Below, piece after piece: positions 38,145 to 47,869 of a stretch of 59,304 nt of DNA. The notes under the pieces were generated by a model. It had not been told where the DNA came from, ran no database searches, and saw nothing but the letters and a program-made list of their open reading frames with translations. The number at the start of each line of letters is the position of its first letter. Position 1 is the stretch's first letter. The stretch is from a virus (taxonomy: Duplodnaviria > Caudoviricetes): positions 1 to 59,304 of the IMG/VR virus record IMGVR_UViG_3300005805_000098. One strand, given 5' to 3'. The position numbers were made by a program, and so were the translations under genes.

Positions 38145-39705
38145 CGGAACTCTGAAACCTTACCAAGTTGAGGCTGTAAGTCGTATGGTTGGCGAAAAGA
38201 AAATGTTAGTTGCATACGAAATGGGTCTTGGGAAAACTTGTATGACTATTGCGGCTTTAGAAAAACTAAACGATACAGGGCAGATTCAAAAGGGCCCTAT
38301 TCTTGTAATAGCCCTATCCAGTCTTAAATACCAATGGCAGAAAGAGATATCAAAGTTCACCAAAGACGTCGTATCTGTTGTGGTAGACGGAAACAAACAG
38401 CAACGTGCTAAACAATATGAAGAGGGTCAGAAGGCTGATTATGTAATAACTAACTACGAATCCATAGTCAATGACTGGGATGCAGTAAAACGTTACTTCT
38501 GGGGCGCCATCATCTGTGATGAAGCCACTGCAATAAAAGGTTTTCGTTCCAAAAGGTCCAAAAAAGTAAAAGAACTTTCTCGAAATGTTCCTGTTAGATT
38601 CGCTCTTACGGGAACTCCCATTGAAAATGGGAAGCCCGAAGAAGTTTACAGCATTATGCAGTTTGTTAATCCAAATTTATTGGGACGGTTTGATTTGTTT
38701 GACCAAACCTTTATAGTTCGCAACCATTTTGGTGGGGTACAGCGTTATCGCAATCTTCCTATCTTTCACGAAAAGATGAAGGGCTCTTCTGTTCGTAAAG
38801 TGCAGACTGACCCTGACGTGGCTCCGTATCTTCCTAGTGTTATCTATCGTGAACCTCTGTTGATAAAGTTTGATTCGGCAAGTAAAAAACTTTATACATT
38901 TATTGCTGAAGAACTTCGTAATGAATTAATTGAAGCACAACAACTTCTTGGTGCTAGTTTTTCTATCGCTGCTCATTACGGAGAAGGACATAAGCCTGGA
39001 AGTCCTGCAGACATGATGCGTGGTTCCATAATGTCTAAGATAACCGCGTTGCGAATGGTCTGTGATTCAGCAGTCATTCTTGCGGCTAGCGGGGCTAATT
39101 ACGATGGCAAAGTTGGCAGCGCCTATGCAAACTACCTGTTTAACAATGGGCACTTAAAAGTGACCAACATAAAAAGCCCAAAACTAGAAGCATTGAAGCA
39201 ATACGTAACTGAACACTTAGACACTGACCCTGATGCAAAGGTTGTTGTATTCACGTCTTATCTTGGAGCCGTTGATTTAATACACAGTGAACTTGGTGGC
39301 ACTATCTACACAGGAGAGATGAATTCTAAAGAAAAAGAAAAAAGCAAAGAAAAGTTTTTAAATGACCCAGAGTGCCGAGTGTTTATCTCTTCAGATGCTG
39401 GTGGGTATGGGGTAGACCTCCCTAATGCAAACCTTTTGATTAACTATGATTTGCCCTGGAATGCTGGACTAGCAGTGCAGAGAAACGGGCGAATCAAAAG
39501 GGCGTCTAGTCGTTGGCCTACAATAACTATCCAGGACTTGCTCATGGAGGGCTCTATTGAGGAGCGCCAACACGAGATGCTACAGCAGAAGAATGCGGTG
39601 GCTGATGCGGTCATGGACGGTCAGGGAATCAACTCTCGTGGTGGTATAGACTTGACCGTAGGAAGTCTTTTGGACTTCATTTCTCAGACCAAAGTAGGAG
39701 GGTAA
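38137..39705 (+). CDS. SNF2-family (SF2) helicase
   Basis: EMGLGKT, DEAT, LTGTP.EN, D.PWN, QR.GRI.R. Confidence 0.92.
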   Translation: MFSGTLKPYQVEAVSRMVGEKKMLVAYEMGLGKTCMTIAALEKLNDTGQIQKGPILVIALSSLKYQWQKEISKFTKDVVSVVVDGNKQQRAKQYEEGQKADYVITNYESIVNDWDAVKRYFWGAIICDEATAIKGFRSKRSKKVKELSRNVPVRFALTGTPIENGKPEEVYSIMQFVNPNLLGRFDLFDQTFIVRNHFGGVQRYRNLPIFHEKMKGSSVRKVQTDPDVAPYLPSVIYREPLLIKFDSASKKLYTFIAEELRNELIEAQQLLGASFSIAAHYGEGHKPGSPADMMRGSIMSKITALRMVCDSAVILAASGANYDGKVGSAYANYLFNNGHLKVTNIKSPKLEALKQYVTEHLDTDPDAKVVVFTSYLGAVDLIHSELGGTIYTGEMNSKEKEKSKEKFLNDPECRVFISSDAGGYGVDLPNANLLINYDLPWNAGLAVQRNGRIKRASSRWPTITIQDLLMEGSIEERQHEMLQQKNAVADAVMDGQGINSRGGIDLTVGSLLDFISQTKVGG

Positions 39706-39707
39706 TC

Positions 39708-40148
39708 ATGGCTCGCGTTGCTAAACAAGAAGATAGAACTGTTGATAAGGACGATGTCTTATCACAAGCACAGCAGTATGCATTCTTTAAAAAACAGGTC
39801 GAGTATTTCCAAGACCAAATGAAGTCTCTTCGTGAAGATTTGTTTTCACACATTGAAGAAAATGGCGAAGTTGACAGTAAAGGAAATGTGATTTTTGAAC
39901 TGCCTCAAGAAATTGAAGGATTTGGCTCTATTACAAAACAACGTAGAGTAACTAGAAAGATTGATGAAGACATTGCATTTGACATTATTGATGAAAAAGG
40001 ACTTCGTGATAAGTTAATCAAAACCGTAGAAATAATTGATGAAGACGCTCTTATGGCTGCGCTTTACAGTGATGAGTTAACTGAAGAAGAGATTGATGAA
40101 ATGTATCCTCAGACTGTTGTCTGGGCATTGGTGATGAACAAGAGATAA
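39708..40148 (+). CDS. Hypothetical protein
   Basis: 146 aa, AGGAGG SD, coiled-coil N-terminus. Confidence 0.6.
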   Translation: MARVAKQEDRTVDKDDVLSQAQQYAFFKKQVEYFQDQMKSLREDLFSHIEENGEVDSKGNVIFELPQEIEGFGSITKQRRVTRKIDEDIAFDIIDEKGLRDKLIKTVEIIDEDALMAALYSDELTEEEIDEMYPQTVVWALVMNKR

Positions 40149-40150
40149 CT

Positions 40151-40633
40151 ATGCCAGGACTAAGAGGTGAGGACGAAATAATTGAGGCCTTTAAAGACCT
40201 CGAATATATTCCTGGTTCAAAGAAAAAAAGAAGAGAACCAGATTCAAAGGTTTCTCGTCGTAAAAACGGCGAGACAAATGGTTGGGATGAAAATCCAATC
40301 ATCAAAACATTAGGTGGAAAAGAAACTGAGGTCTATACAATCGGTGCTCTTGCACAGGCTTTGGAAAAGACCATAGTTACTGTTCGCCTATGGGAACGAA
40401 AAGGTTACATACCTCGTGCTCCCTATCGGTTACGGTCTAAGACTTTAAAGGGTCAAAAGACTGGAGGAAATAGGGTGTATACTCGTTCATTAATAGAGGC
40501 TGCAATTGACGAGTTCGCCAAACGCAATCTCTTAGGTTCTGCTCGTGTAGAGTGGAATCAACACGAAGACCTGACAGAGGCTTTATTAAAGCGCTGGAAG
40601 GAACTCACATCCATCGAGAGCCAGAAGCAATAA
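40151..40633 (+). CDS. MerR-like HTH DNA-binding protein
   Basis: YTIGALAQAL....TVRLWERKGYIP...R.Y. Confidence 0.75.
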   Translation: MPGLRGEDEIIEAFKDLEYIPGSKKKRREPDSKVSRRKNGETNGWDENPIIKTLGGKETEVYTIGALAQALEKTIVTVRLWERKGYIPRAPYRLRSKTLKGQKTGGNRVYTRSLIEAAIDEFAKRNLLGSARVEWNQHEDLTEALLKRWKELTSIESQKQ

Positions 40634-40684
40634 CCCGTACAGAGATACGAATTGCTCAGTGCCTCACTACCAAAAAGGAAATAA

Positions 40685-41332
40685 ATGCCAATTACAAAAC
40701 CTGCAGTAAATGCAGATGACTATCTTGATGAAGATAGTGAAACAGCCCAACCGAAGGTTGGAACTACTGTGCAGCAAGGCTGGGACGCCGTAGATGCACT
40801 TCTTAAGTCAGACAACTCGGAATTTCCGACTGACTTCCGTTTCTCCGAAGAACCTCAACTAGTGAAGTTCCTCGAAGATTCCCCATTTGCAACTTATGAG
40901 CAGCACTGGATTGAACGCCCAAAGGGCAAGAAGTCTTTTGTCTGCATGGGAGATGGGTGCCCACTCTGCGAGATTCTTGGAGACAAGCCTCGTGGAAAGT
41001 TTGCATTTAATGTACTCGTACTATCTGGTGAATCGCAGGGCGTACAGATTCTTACTGCACCACCATCACTGGCTCGTCAAATTAAGAAAGCGCATGATGA
41101 CGAGCGCAAAGGACCTCTTTCAAAAGAGTTCTGGGAGATTTCTCGATTAGGCACTGGCCCAACGACGCAGTACACCCTCAACTTCGTCCGTGGCCGTGAC
41201 CTTGCCGAGGAGTGGAAACTTAACCAAGAACAGGTTAATGAACTTGTAGCAGCCGCTGAACCTTATACAGCAGAAGTAATTCGAGAGACCCCTCGCTCTG
41301 AACTACTAGACGTTGCTCGTTCTGTAGCCTAG
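40685..41332 (+). CDS. Single-stranded DNA-binding protein (T4 gp32-like, Zn)
   Basis: VKFL...HW...C...CPLC, NV, R.GTG.TT.Y; position before PolA. Confidence 0.65.
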   Translation: MPITKPAVNADDYLDEDSETAQPKVGTTVQQGWDAVDALLKSDNSEFPTDFRFSEEPQLVKFLEDSPFATYEQHWIERPKGKKSFVCMGDGCPLCEILGDKPRGKFAFNVLVLSGESQGVQILTAPPSLARQIKKAHDDERKGPLSKEFWEISRLGTGPTTQYTLNFVRGRDLAEEWKLNQEQVNELVAAAEPYTAEVIRETPRSELLDVARSVA

Positions 41333-41345
41333 TTAGTTTCCACAC

Positions 41346-41383
41346 GTGGGAGAGCCTGTTACCTCCATTTCAGGCTCTCTCAC
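41346..41383 (+). promoter_or_regulatory. Stem-loop with ACCTCC loop before the DNA polymerase RBS
   Basis: GTGGGAGAGCCTG / CAGGCTCTCTCAC 13-bp stem (one G-U), loop TTACCTCCATTT. Confidence 0.6.
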
Positions 41384-41402
41384 TTTAAAAGAGAGGGTTG
41401 TT

Positions 41403-43409
41403 ATGAATATCATTACAACAAAAGAACAGTTAGAAGACTTAGTTGCTTATTACCAAGAAGTAGATGCATTTGCATTTGATATTGAATCTGTTGGAGAAAA
41501 TCGCATTCAGCCTGTCGTAAACGATGTACTGTGGATTTCGTTAGCAACAGAAGAACGTACAGACGTCATCCCTATGGGTCATCCAAATGGTGAGTTTTTA
41601 CATTGGGACAAAGAACTGTTGCTTAGTGGTCAGCGAAAGTTAGCAGCAGGAAAAGAAGTGAAAGAAACTGACTATTCAAAGAACCAAGCAAAGTGGAAAC
41701 CAGTATTTGGTCCTGCTCCTGAGCAATTACTGCCTGGAGATGTTTTCAAGGCTTTGAAGCCACTGTTCTTTAGTGATAAGTTAAAAATAGGTCACAATGT
41801 AAAGTTTGATTTAAAATCAATTGCAAAGTATTACCGTGGCGTTGTTCCTTATAAGCCATTCTTTGACACGATGATGGCTGGGTTTATCATCGACAACAGA
41901 CTTAGGGGATATCTTGGGTTAGCAGATTGTGCTAAACGAGAATTGGGCATAGTAGTTGAAAAAGGTGTTGGAGCACAAGTAGAGATTCATTCGTTCAGTG
42001 ATGTAGCAAAGTATTCTGGTTTAGATGCTGAGGCTACTTACGCCTTGTACAAGGTTTATAAACCTAAATTAGAGGGTGATTTGAGTCGTGTGTGGGGTCT
42101 TGAGATGGATGTCCTTGCAGCCTTATGCGATATGGAATTAACAGGCGCTAATATAGATGTGGTTGAACTTACCAAGTTGAAGAAACGCTTAGATAAAGAC
42201 ATTGACGATGCCAAAGCCAGAGCCTGGAAGTTAGTTGGCAGACCTTTTGCAATGAACTCTGTACAGGAGAAGCAGAAGTTGTTGTTCTCTCCAAAAGAAG
42301 AGGGCGGTAGAGGAATCAAGCCAAATCTTCGCATTAAGATTGCGCTTACTACTAAGGGTCAAGAGGTGGCTATGACTGCCCCAATGAAGTTAGGTATACA
42401 GCATTACTCAGTGTCTTCAGACGCTTTAGAGTTTTACCGAAGCAAAGATGAACTAGTAGACGCCATTCTTGAATACCAAGATTTAAATAAATTAATGACA
42501 ACTTATGTAATGCCCTATTTAGGTGGAGAGGTCACTCACACAGTTATGGGCAAAACAAAAGTTACTGAAAAGAAATCGCTTTTAATAAATGGCAAAGTAC
42601 ACACAAACTTCAAACCACACGGAGCAGAGACTGGTCGTTTCTCTAGTAGCGACCCAAATCTACAGAACATTCCAAGTGGTGGGGATTACGGCACTCTTAT
42701 CCGCAACATGTTTATAGCACCACCTGGATACAAGTTAGTAGTGGCTGATTACAGTCAGATTGAGCCTCGCATTATTGCTTCCTTCTCAGGTGACCCGATT
42801 ATGATGAATAACTATTTAGAGGGTGGCGATATTTACACCACTATCGGTGACACGATGGGCGTTGAGAGGAAGGCTGGTAAAGTCTTAGTATTGGCTATGT
42901 CTTACGGAGTAGGGCCCGAAAAGATTGCTCAGAGCATCGGTTGTACAGTAAAGGATGCAAAGGATTTATTAGACCGCTTTAGCAAACAGTTCAACGATAT
43001 AGCAAAATATCGAGCACGAGTGATTCGTATGGCTGCTGCACAGGCACCTACGCCATTTGTGTCCACCTTGTTTGGTCGTCGTCGTTATATTCCTGATTTA
43101 AAATCTAGAGACCAAGGATTGAAGTCCAGGGCAGAACGTCAGGCTTTTAACACAGTAATTCAGGGTTCTGCAGCAGACGTTATGAAATTAGCCATTATAC
43201 GGGCTCATTCTTGCTTTTTAGATGAGCCAGGGGCTAATGTCATATTGACCGTGCACGATGAATTGGTTACCGTTGCCCGTGAAGATTTAGCGGAAGATGT
43301 AGCAGAAGCAATCCGCGAGTCAATGGAAGGCATCAAACTTCCAGAGATTACAGTTCCGCTTATTGCTGAAGCAAAAATAGTAGACAGATGGGGAGAGGCA
43401 AAGGACTAA
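41403..43409 (+). CDS. polA: Family A DNA polymerase (3'-5' exonuclease + polymerase, no 5' nuclease)
   Basis: FDIES, GHNVKFD, YSGLDA; TGRFSSSDPNLQNIP, ADYSQIEPR, RKAGKVLVLAMSYG, TVHDE. Start placed at ATG 41403 after GAGAGGG. Confidence 0.95.
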   Translation: MNIITTKEQLEDLVAYYQEVDAFAFDIESVGENRIQPVVNDVLWISLATEERTDVIPMGHPNGEFLHWDKELLLSGQRKLAAGKEVKETDYSKNQAKWKPVFGPAPEQLLPGDVFKALKPLFFSDKLKIGHNVKFDLKSIAKYYRGVVPYKPFFDTMMAGFIIDNRLRGYLGLADCAKRELGIVVEKGVGAQVEIHSFSDVAKYSGLDAEATYALYKVYKPKLEGDLSRVWGLEMDVLAALCDMELTGANIDVVELTKLKKRLDKDIDDAKARAWKLVGRPFAMNSVQEKQKLLFSPKEEGGRGIKPNLRIKIALTTKGQEVAMTAPMKLGIQHYSVSSDALEFYRSKDELVDAILEYQDLNKLMTTYVMPYLGGEVTHTVMGKTKVTEKKSLLINGKVHTNFKPHGAETGRFSSSDPNLQNIPSGGDYGTLIRNMFIAPPGYKLVVADYSQIEPRIIASFSGDPIMMNNYLEGGDIYTTIGDTMGVERKAGKVLVLAMSYGVGPEKIAQSIGCTVKDAKDLLDRFSKQFNDIAKYRARVIRMAAAQAPTPFVSTLFGRRRYIPDLKSRDQGLKSRAERQAFNTVIQGSAADVMKLAIIRAHSCFLDEPGANVILTVHDELVTVAREDLAEDVAEAIRESMEGIKLPEITVPLIAEAKIVDRWGEAKD

Positions 43410-43795
43410 TGAGTAACGCAAATTGGTGGGCCAATAAACTTGCAGGACAACCTGCACCACAGCCAGTACAGCCACGACAACCCAACATGCCTATGCCGCC
43501 ATCACAACAACCTATGACTCCTTATGTGCAACCACAGTCCACACAACCACCTTTATCTAAAGCACAGAGCGCATCACAAACACAGAATTGTCCAAACTGT
43601 TCGTCGAGTAACTACATGAGTGTTTCTGGAGCAAAACTGCGTTGCTATGACTGCGGCTATCCATTAGAACAATCAGGCAGTAGGTATGGCTCTCTTACGG
43701 GCGCAAAAGTTGAAGGCGCTACAAAATCCGCCAGAGGAAACGACGCAACAAATAACTTTAACCCACAACAAATAGTCGGAAGGATTGACGGATGA
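43409..43795 (+). CDS. Pro/Gln-rich protein with zinc ribbon
   Basis: CPNCSS...CYDCGYP; TAATG start at 43409. Confidence 0.65.
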   Translation: MSNANWWANKLAGQPAPQPVQPRQPNMPMPPSQQPMTPYVQPQSTQPPLSKAQSASQTQNCPNCSSSNYMSVSGAKLRCYDCGYPLEQSGSRYGSLTGAKVEGATKSARGNDATNNFNPQQIVGRIDG

Positions 43796-44838
43796 TTACT
43801 GATGAGGCAAAAAAGATTGTTGCTCAACTTAATAAAAAGTTTGGAGATGGCGTCGTTGTATTCGCCAGTGACATCCGTTCTGATTTAGTTCCTAGGTTTA
43901 CAAGTGGTTCCACAACTCTTGATTACGTTCTTGGTGGTGGGTTTCCTGGAAATCAATGGAACGAACTTATTGGTGAACCATCTCACGGTAAGACTGCTGT
44001 AGCACTCAAAGCAATTGCTGCTAATCAAGCAAAAGACCCAAACTTTACAACTGTATGGGTTGCAGCAGAAGCGTGGGTTCCTGCTTATGCGCAAATGTGT
44101 GGTGTAGATACCAGCAGAGTAATTGTGGTTGAAACAAGCGTAATGGAAGAAGCCTACGACGCAGTGATTGCGTTTGCGGAATCTAAGTCAGTAGATGCAC
44201 TAGTTATCGACTCTCTTCCAGCCCTTTCACCTTCTCCTGAGTTAGAAAAGAATATGGATGAAGCAACCGTAGGTAAGGGCGCACTACTAACGAATAAGTT
44301 TTTCCGTGTTGTAGGAACCGCTATGAAACGTAGCCTTGTAGAGGCTGAACGTCCTGTATTAGGAATCGTTATCAATCAATACCGAATGAAGATTGGTGTA
44401 ATGCATGGTGACCCTCGTACCACTCCTGGTGGTGAAGGAAAGAACTATGCGTTCTTTACTCGTTGTGAAGTACGAAGAGATGAGTGGATTGAACTAGGTT
44501 CTGGCAATAACAAAGTTCGTATCGGGCAGAGAATCAAAGTTAGAACATTAAAGAACAAAACTGCGCCCCCTCAAAGAGTTGCATACTTTGATTTTTACTT
44601 TGCAGATGGCGGTGCTTGTCTACCAGGAGAGTATGACTTTGCCAAAGAGATTGCTTCTCTTGCAGTGGTAAAAGGACTGATAGAGCGAAAGGGCGGGTGG
44701 TACTACTATGGCGAAAGAAAGTGGCAGGGAATTGAACCCGTTATTGATAGCCTCCGTAGCGAGATTGACCTCAAGGAAGAACTTGAAAAGGCTGTCCTCG
44801 AATCGCATGATGCCATTGTGGTGGGTGATGATGAGTAA
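43792..44838 (+). CDS. recA: RecA-like recombinase
   Basis: SGS..LD..LGGG.P, GEPSHGKT, VIDSLPAL, INQ.R.KIGVM.GDP.TTPGG, KNK.APP. Confidence 0.93.
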   Translation: MITDEAKKIVAQLNKKFGDGVVVFASDIRSDLVPRFTSGSTTLDYVLGGGFPGNQWNELIGEPSHGKTAVALKAIAANQAKDPNFTTVWVAAEAWVPAYAQMCGVDTSRVIVVETSVMEEAYDAVIAFAESKSVDALVIDSLPALSPSPELEKNMDEATVGKGALLTNKFFRVVGTAMKRSLVEAERPVLGIVINQYRMKIGVMHGDPRTTPGGEGKNYAFFTRCEVRRDEWIELGSGNNKVRIGQRIKVRTLKNKTAPPQRVAYFDFYFADGGACLPGEYDFAKEIASLAVVKGLIERKGGWYYYGERKWQGIEPVIDSLRSEIDLKEELEKAVLESHDAIVVGDDE

Positions 44839-45073
44839 CGGATTTGAAGTAATTGACCAAGAATGGGCTGAAGAACTAGAGCGTGGTGTAGAAGCCTACA
44901 CTGACATGTTGTTTGAAGCCATATACGAAGGCACAGAAGAAGAACTAACAGAGACGCTATCTGGCGAACCTTTTTGTGGTTGCAATCGCTGTTTCTGGAG
45001 AGAGACGCTTTTCTATGTAGTCCCTAAATTGCTAAAAGGCTACGAGGAAGGCAAAATAGAACTTGAGGAGTAA
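44828..45073 (+). CDS. Hypothetical acidic protein with CGC..C
   Basis: Likely start at ATG 44828 or 44831. Confidence 0.5.
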   Translation: MMSNGFEVIDQEWAEELERGVEAYTDMLFEAIYEGTEEELTETLSGEPFCGCNRCFWRETLFYVVPKLLKGYEEGKIELEE

Positions 45074-45380
45074 AGGGCAAAAGGAGTCTCAGAAACACGA
45101 GAAGCGATTAGCCAAAAAGATTGGTGGAAGTCGTAACGCTGCATCTGGGGCTCTTTGGGCAAGAAAGGGTGATGTTCGGTCAACTGACCTATTGATTGAA
45201 CATAAGTGGACTGGTAAAAAACAGTTCACCTTAAAGTCCGAAGCAGTAAAGAAAAATGTTAGAGAGGCAATCCTTGAAGGACGAATGCCAGTATTTGGTA
45301 TTCATCTTGATGGAGAGAACTACGTCATTCTTACCGAGGATGACTTTATCGAGATGAGGGAGAAACTAAAGGATGCCTAA
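45063..45380 (+). CDS. PD-(D/E)XK Holliday junction resolvase-like nuclease
   Basis: E.RLAK, SGA, GDV, IEHK. Confidence 0.7.
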   Translation: MRSKGQKESQKHEKRLAKKIGGSRNAASGALWARKGDVRSTDLLIEHKWTGKKQFTLKSEAVKKNVREAILEGRMPVFGIHLDGENYVILTEDDFIEMREKLKDA

Positions 45381-45383
45381 TAC

Positions 45384-45701
45384 ATGGATGAACCAGAGTA
45401 CGCTTGGCGATATCAAGCCAAATGTTCAGGTGCAGATACCGACCTATTCTATCCACCAAGAGATAAAAACCAATACAAAATTATTGCTGAACAAGCAAAA
45501 GCATTCTGTTTTGGTGAAACTGGAAAGGTACACTGTCCAGTCAGAAAAGATTGTCTTTGGGACGCAATCTCAAGAGACGAACCACACGGAATCTGGGGAG
45601 GTCTTTCTCATCGTGAAAGAAATGCGCTCTTAAGAAAGTGGCAAAAGAAATACAAAAAGAAAATGACCCTCAAAGAATTTATCTTCAGTAAGGAAGTGTG
45701 A
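45384..45701 (+). CDS. whiB: WhiB-family Fe-S transcription regulator
   Basis: W...AKC...D.DLFY, AK.FC...CPVRKDCL, GIWGGLS..ER. Confidence 0.93.
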   Translation: MDEPEYAWRYQAKCSGADTDLFYPPRDKNQYKIIAEQAKAFCFGETGKVHCPVRKDCLWDAISRDEPHGIWGGLSHRERNALLRKWQKKYKKKMTLKEFIFSKEV

Positions 45702-46543
45702 TGCCAGTTCAAGCGTCTAAAGACTTAAAGCGATTTCTTGATGCCAAGAAGACGGAGACACGATTACTTGGAGATGTAGAGCGGTTTTTAATGCTCAAGC
45801 CACCAAGTGACCGTAGAACAGACGTCTTACACCCATCTGAAATAATAAAGGCTGATTGGTGTCATAGATACGCTTTTTATTTACTAAAAGGTGGACAGGC
45901 AAAGAAAGAAAAACCTGGTCTTAGACTTCAAAACATCTTTGATGAAGGTCACGCTATTCATGCTAAATGGCAGGACCGCTTTAATGAAATGGGAGTTTTA
46001 TACGGATATTGGTACTGCGATACTGATGAAAGAGGAGAGTGGGGAGTCAGTTCTGAGATAAACGCAGGGCCTTCTGTATTTGAGTATAGAGAAGTGCCGT
46101 TAAAAGACGAGTCTCTTCGTATTCACGGGCATGCCGATGGATGGATAAAGGGTCTTGGAGAAGATTGCCTTATAGAAATAAAGTCTATTGGTGCAGGAAC
46201 TCTTAGATTTGAGGCCCCTGACCTTTTGGCTGATGCGGGGTATGACGTCACAAAGGCTTGGAGCAATATTCGCAGGCCTTTCCGTAGTCACCTACTTCAG
46301 GGACAGATGTACCTTGAATTAGCACGTCGTATGTTTGGTGAAGATGCGCCCAAAGAAATCGTTTTTCTTTATGAACTAAAAGCAGACCAGAGTTACAAAG
46401 AGTTCACGGTAAAAGCAAACTTTGATATTGTAGAAAGAGTCTTTAATGCAGCCCAAAAGGTGGTTGATGCTGTAGAGGCTGATAAGATGCCTAAGTGCAA
46501 TGTTTCAGAGGATGGGTGTAAACAATGCGACTTGATTCCGTAG
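45701..46543 (+). CDS. Cas4/RecB-like PD-(D/E)XK exonuclease
   Basis: HPSE...C, G.AIH, GHADG, EIKS, Q.Q.Y, C-terminal C......C..C. Confidence 0.8.
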   Translation: MPVQASKDLKRFLDAKKTETRLLGDVERFLMLKPPSDRRTDVLHPSEIIKADWCHRYAFYLLKGGQAKKEKPGLRLQNIFDEGHAIHAKWQDRFNEMGVLYGYWYCDTDERGEWGVSSEINAGPSVFEYREVPLKDESLRIHGHADGWIKGLGEDCLIEIKSIGAGTLRFEAPDLLADAGYDVTKAWSNIRRPFRSHLLQGQMYLELARRMFGEDAPKEIVFLYELKADQSYKEFTVKANFDIVERVFNAAQKVVDAVEADKMPKCNVSEDGCKQCDLIP

Positions 46544-46971
46544 ACCCAGCAGCGTTAGTTCCAAAACCAAAATATGAACTAACACCGCTTCCTCCTGACA
46601 TCACTTCATTAAGCAGCGAACAGTTGGCTGAGTTGTTTACTATTCTAACTGGCTGGGCTGATTACACCGCTTCACAACTTGCTGAGGCTCAGATAATTGA
46701 GAGAGCAGCACAAAGAGCATTAGACTTAAAAACAAATCGTCTTATGGTTGAGAAGATGGGAACTGCCACCAAGGGTGACAAGGTAACTCTTATCCGTGCT
46801 CAGATAGCCACAGATGAAGACGTTTTAAAGTTAGAGGATGTTTTTGAAGAGAAGTATGCTCGTCGTAAGATTTTAGAGATGATGCTTAACAATCAAGAAC
46901 GCGACATCACTCTTGTATCAAGAGAGATAACTCGTCGTACTGCTGGTGGACCAAGAAGGGAATACGTATGA
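46525..46971 (+). CDS. Helical hypothetical protein (possible recombination mediator)
   Basis: Coiled-coil protein ending SREITRR, within the recombination cluster. Confidence 0.45.
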   Translation: MRLDSVDPAALVPKPKYELTPLPPDITSLSSEQLAELFTILTGWADYTASQLAEAQIIERAAQRALDLKTNRLMVEKMGTATKGDKVTLIRAQIATDEDVLKLEDVFEEKYARRKILEMMLNNQERDITLVSREITRRTAGGPRREYV

Positions 46972-47252
46972 CAGAACCAATTCTTTCAGAAGCACATCGA
47001 TTAATAAATAATGATAGAAACGAGTCGTATGACCATCCTCTCGACAACTTTAATAGGATAAAAAAGGGTTGGGAAGTAATTTTTGGTATTGAAATTACCG
47101 AAGAACAAGTGGGTCTGGCTATGACTTGGGTTAAGATTGCACGAGAAGCCTACAAACATAAGAGGGATAATTTAGTAGACGGCGCTGGTTATCTTGGAAC
47201 TGTAGACATGGTTATTACTGAAAGAGAACGCCGTGCCAACAAAATCATTTGA
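46968..47252 (+). CDS. DUF6378-like helical protein
   Basis: DR..Y..P.DNF.RI..W...V.LAM..VKIAR....RDNLVD.AGY. Confidence 0.75.
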   Translation: MTEPILSEAHRLINNDRNESYDHPLDNFNRIKKGWEVIFGIEITEEQVGLAMTWVKIAREAYKHKRDNLVDGAGYLGTVDMVITERERRANKII

Positions 47253-47814
47253 TGGTGGGTTAGAAGATGGCGAACTCATCTCTATAGGCATTGACCAGTC
47301 TTTAACTGGATTTGCTTTAACTGCCTTAGCGCATAGCAACCCAATGCAATATCACACTTGGGTTTACAAATCTCCGTACTTTGGTGTTGAGCGTCTTGTA
47401 GATATAAGGCAGTTTTTATTTGACCATTTAGATTACCTATCTCAAAATGGTCGCGCTATTCAAAACATTGCAATGGAAGGTACTGTGTTGGCTAGTCACT
47501 CAGCCCTTGTGTTAGGTGAACTATCGGCCTTAGTAAAACTTACTATGTACGACTATTTTGATGATGACACACGGTTTCCAATACAGGTGCCTCCTATGAC
47601 TTTAAAAAAGTATGCAGCAGGCAAAGGAAATGCCAAAAAACAGGAGATGCTCCTCCAGATGTACAAAAGATGGGGCGTAGAGTTCAATGACGATAATGCA
47701 GCCGATTCCTATGCTTTAGCAAGGTTGGCAGCGGGTATCTACAAAGATAAGGTAGAGCAGTCTGTAGTAGAGCAAATGTGGGACCCCAAATACCGAGACC
47801 AGTCCAGAGAATAG
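47233..47814 (+). CDS. RuvC-like Holliday junction resolvase
   Basis: IGIDQSLTG, AMEG, P.TLKKYAAGKGNAKK, DN.ADSY.LA. Confidence 0.85.
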   Translation: MPTKSFDGGLEDGELISIGIDQSLTGFALTALAHSNPMQYHTWVYKSPYFGVERLVDIRQFLFDHLDYLSQNGRAIQNIAMEGTVLASHSALVLGELSALVKLTMYDYFDDDTRFPIQVPPMTLKKYAAGKGNAKKQEMLLQMYKRWGVEFNDDNAADSYALARLAAGIYKDKVEQSVVEQMWDPKYRDQSRE

Positions 47815-47869
47815 TTCTACCATTTAGTCCTAGGAGTGGCACTACATCGAAACCAAAGGACTAACAATC

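Noticed and set aside
41346-41402. ORF-track N-terminal extension of PolA from GTG 41346
   Set aside because: It lies inside a stable hairpin. ATG 41403 has an SD and gives a typical N-terminus.
45701-46543. Cas4-like gene as evidence of a CRISPR-Cas locus
   Set aside because: Solo Cas4-like nucleases are common in phage recombination modules, and no array or other cas genes are seen.
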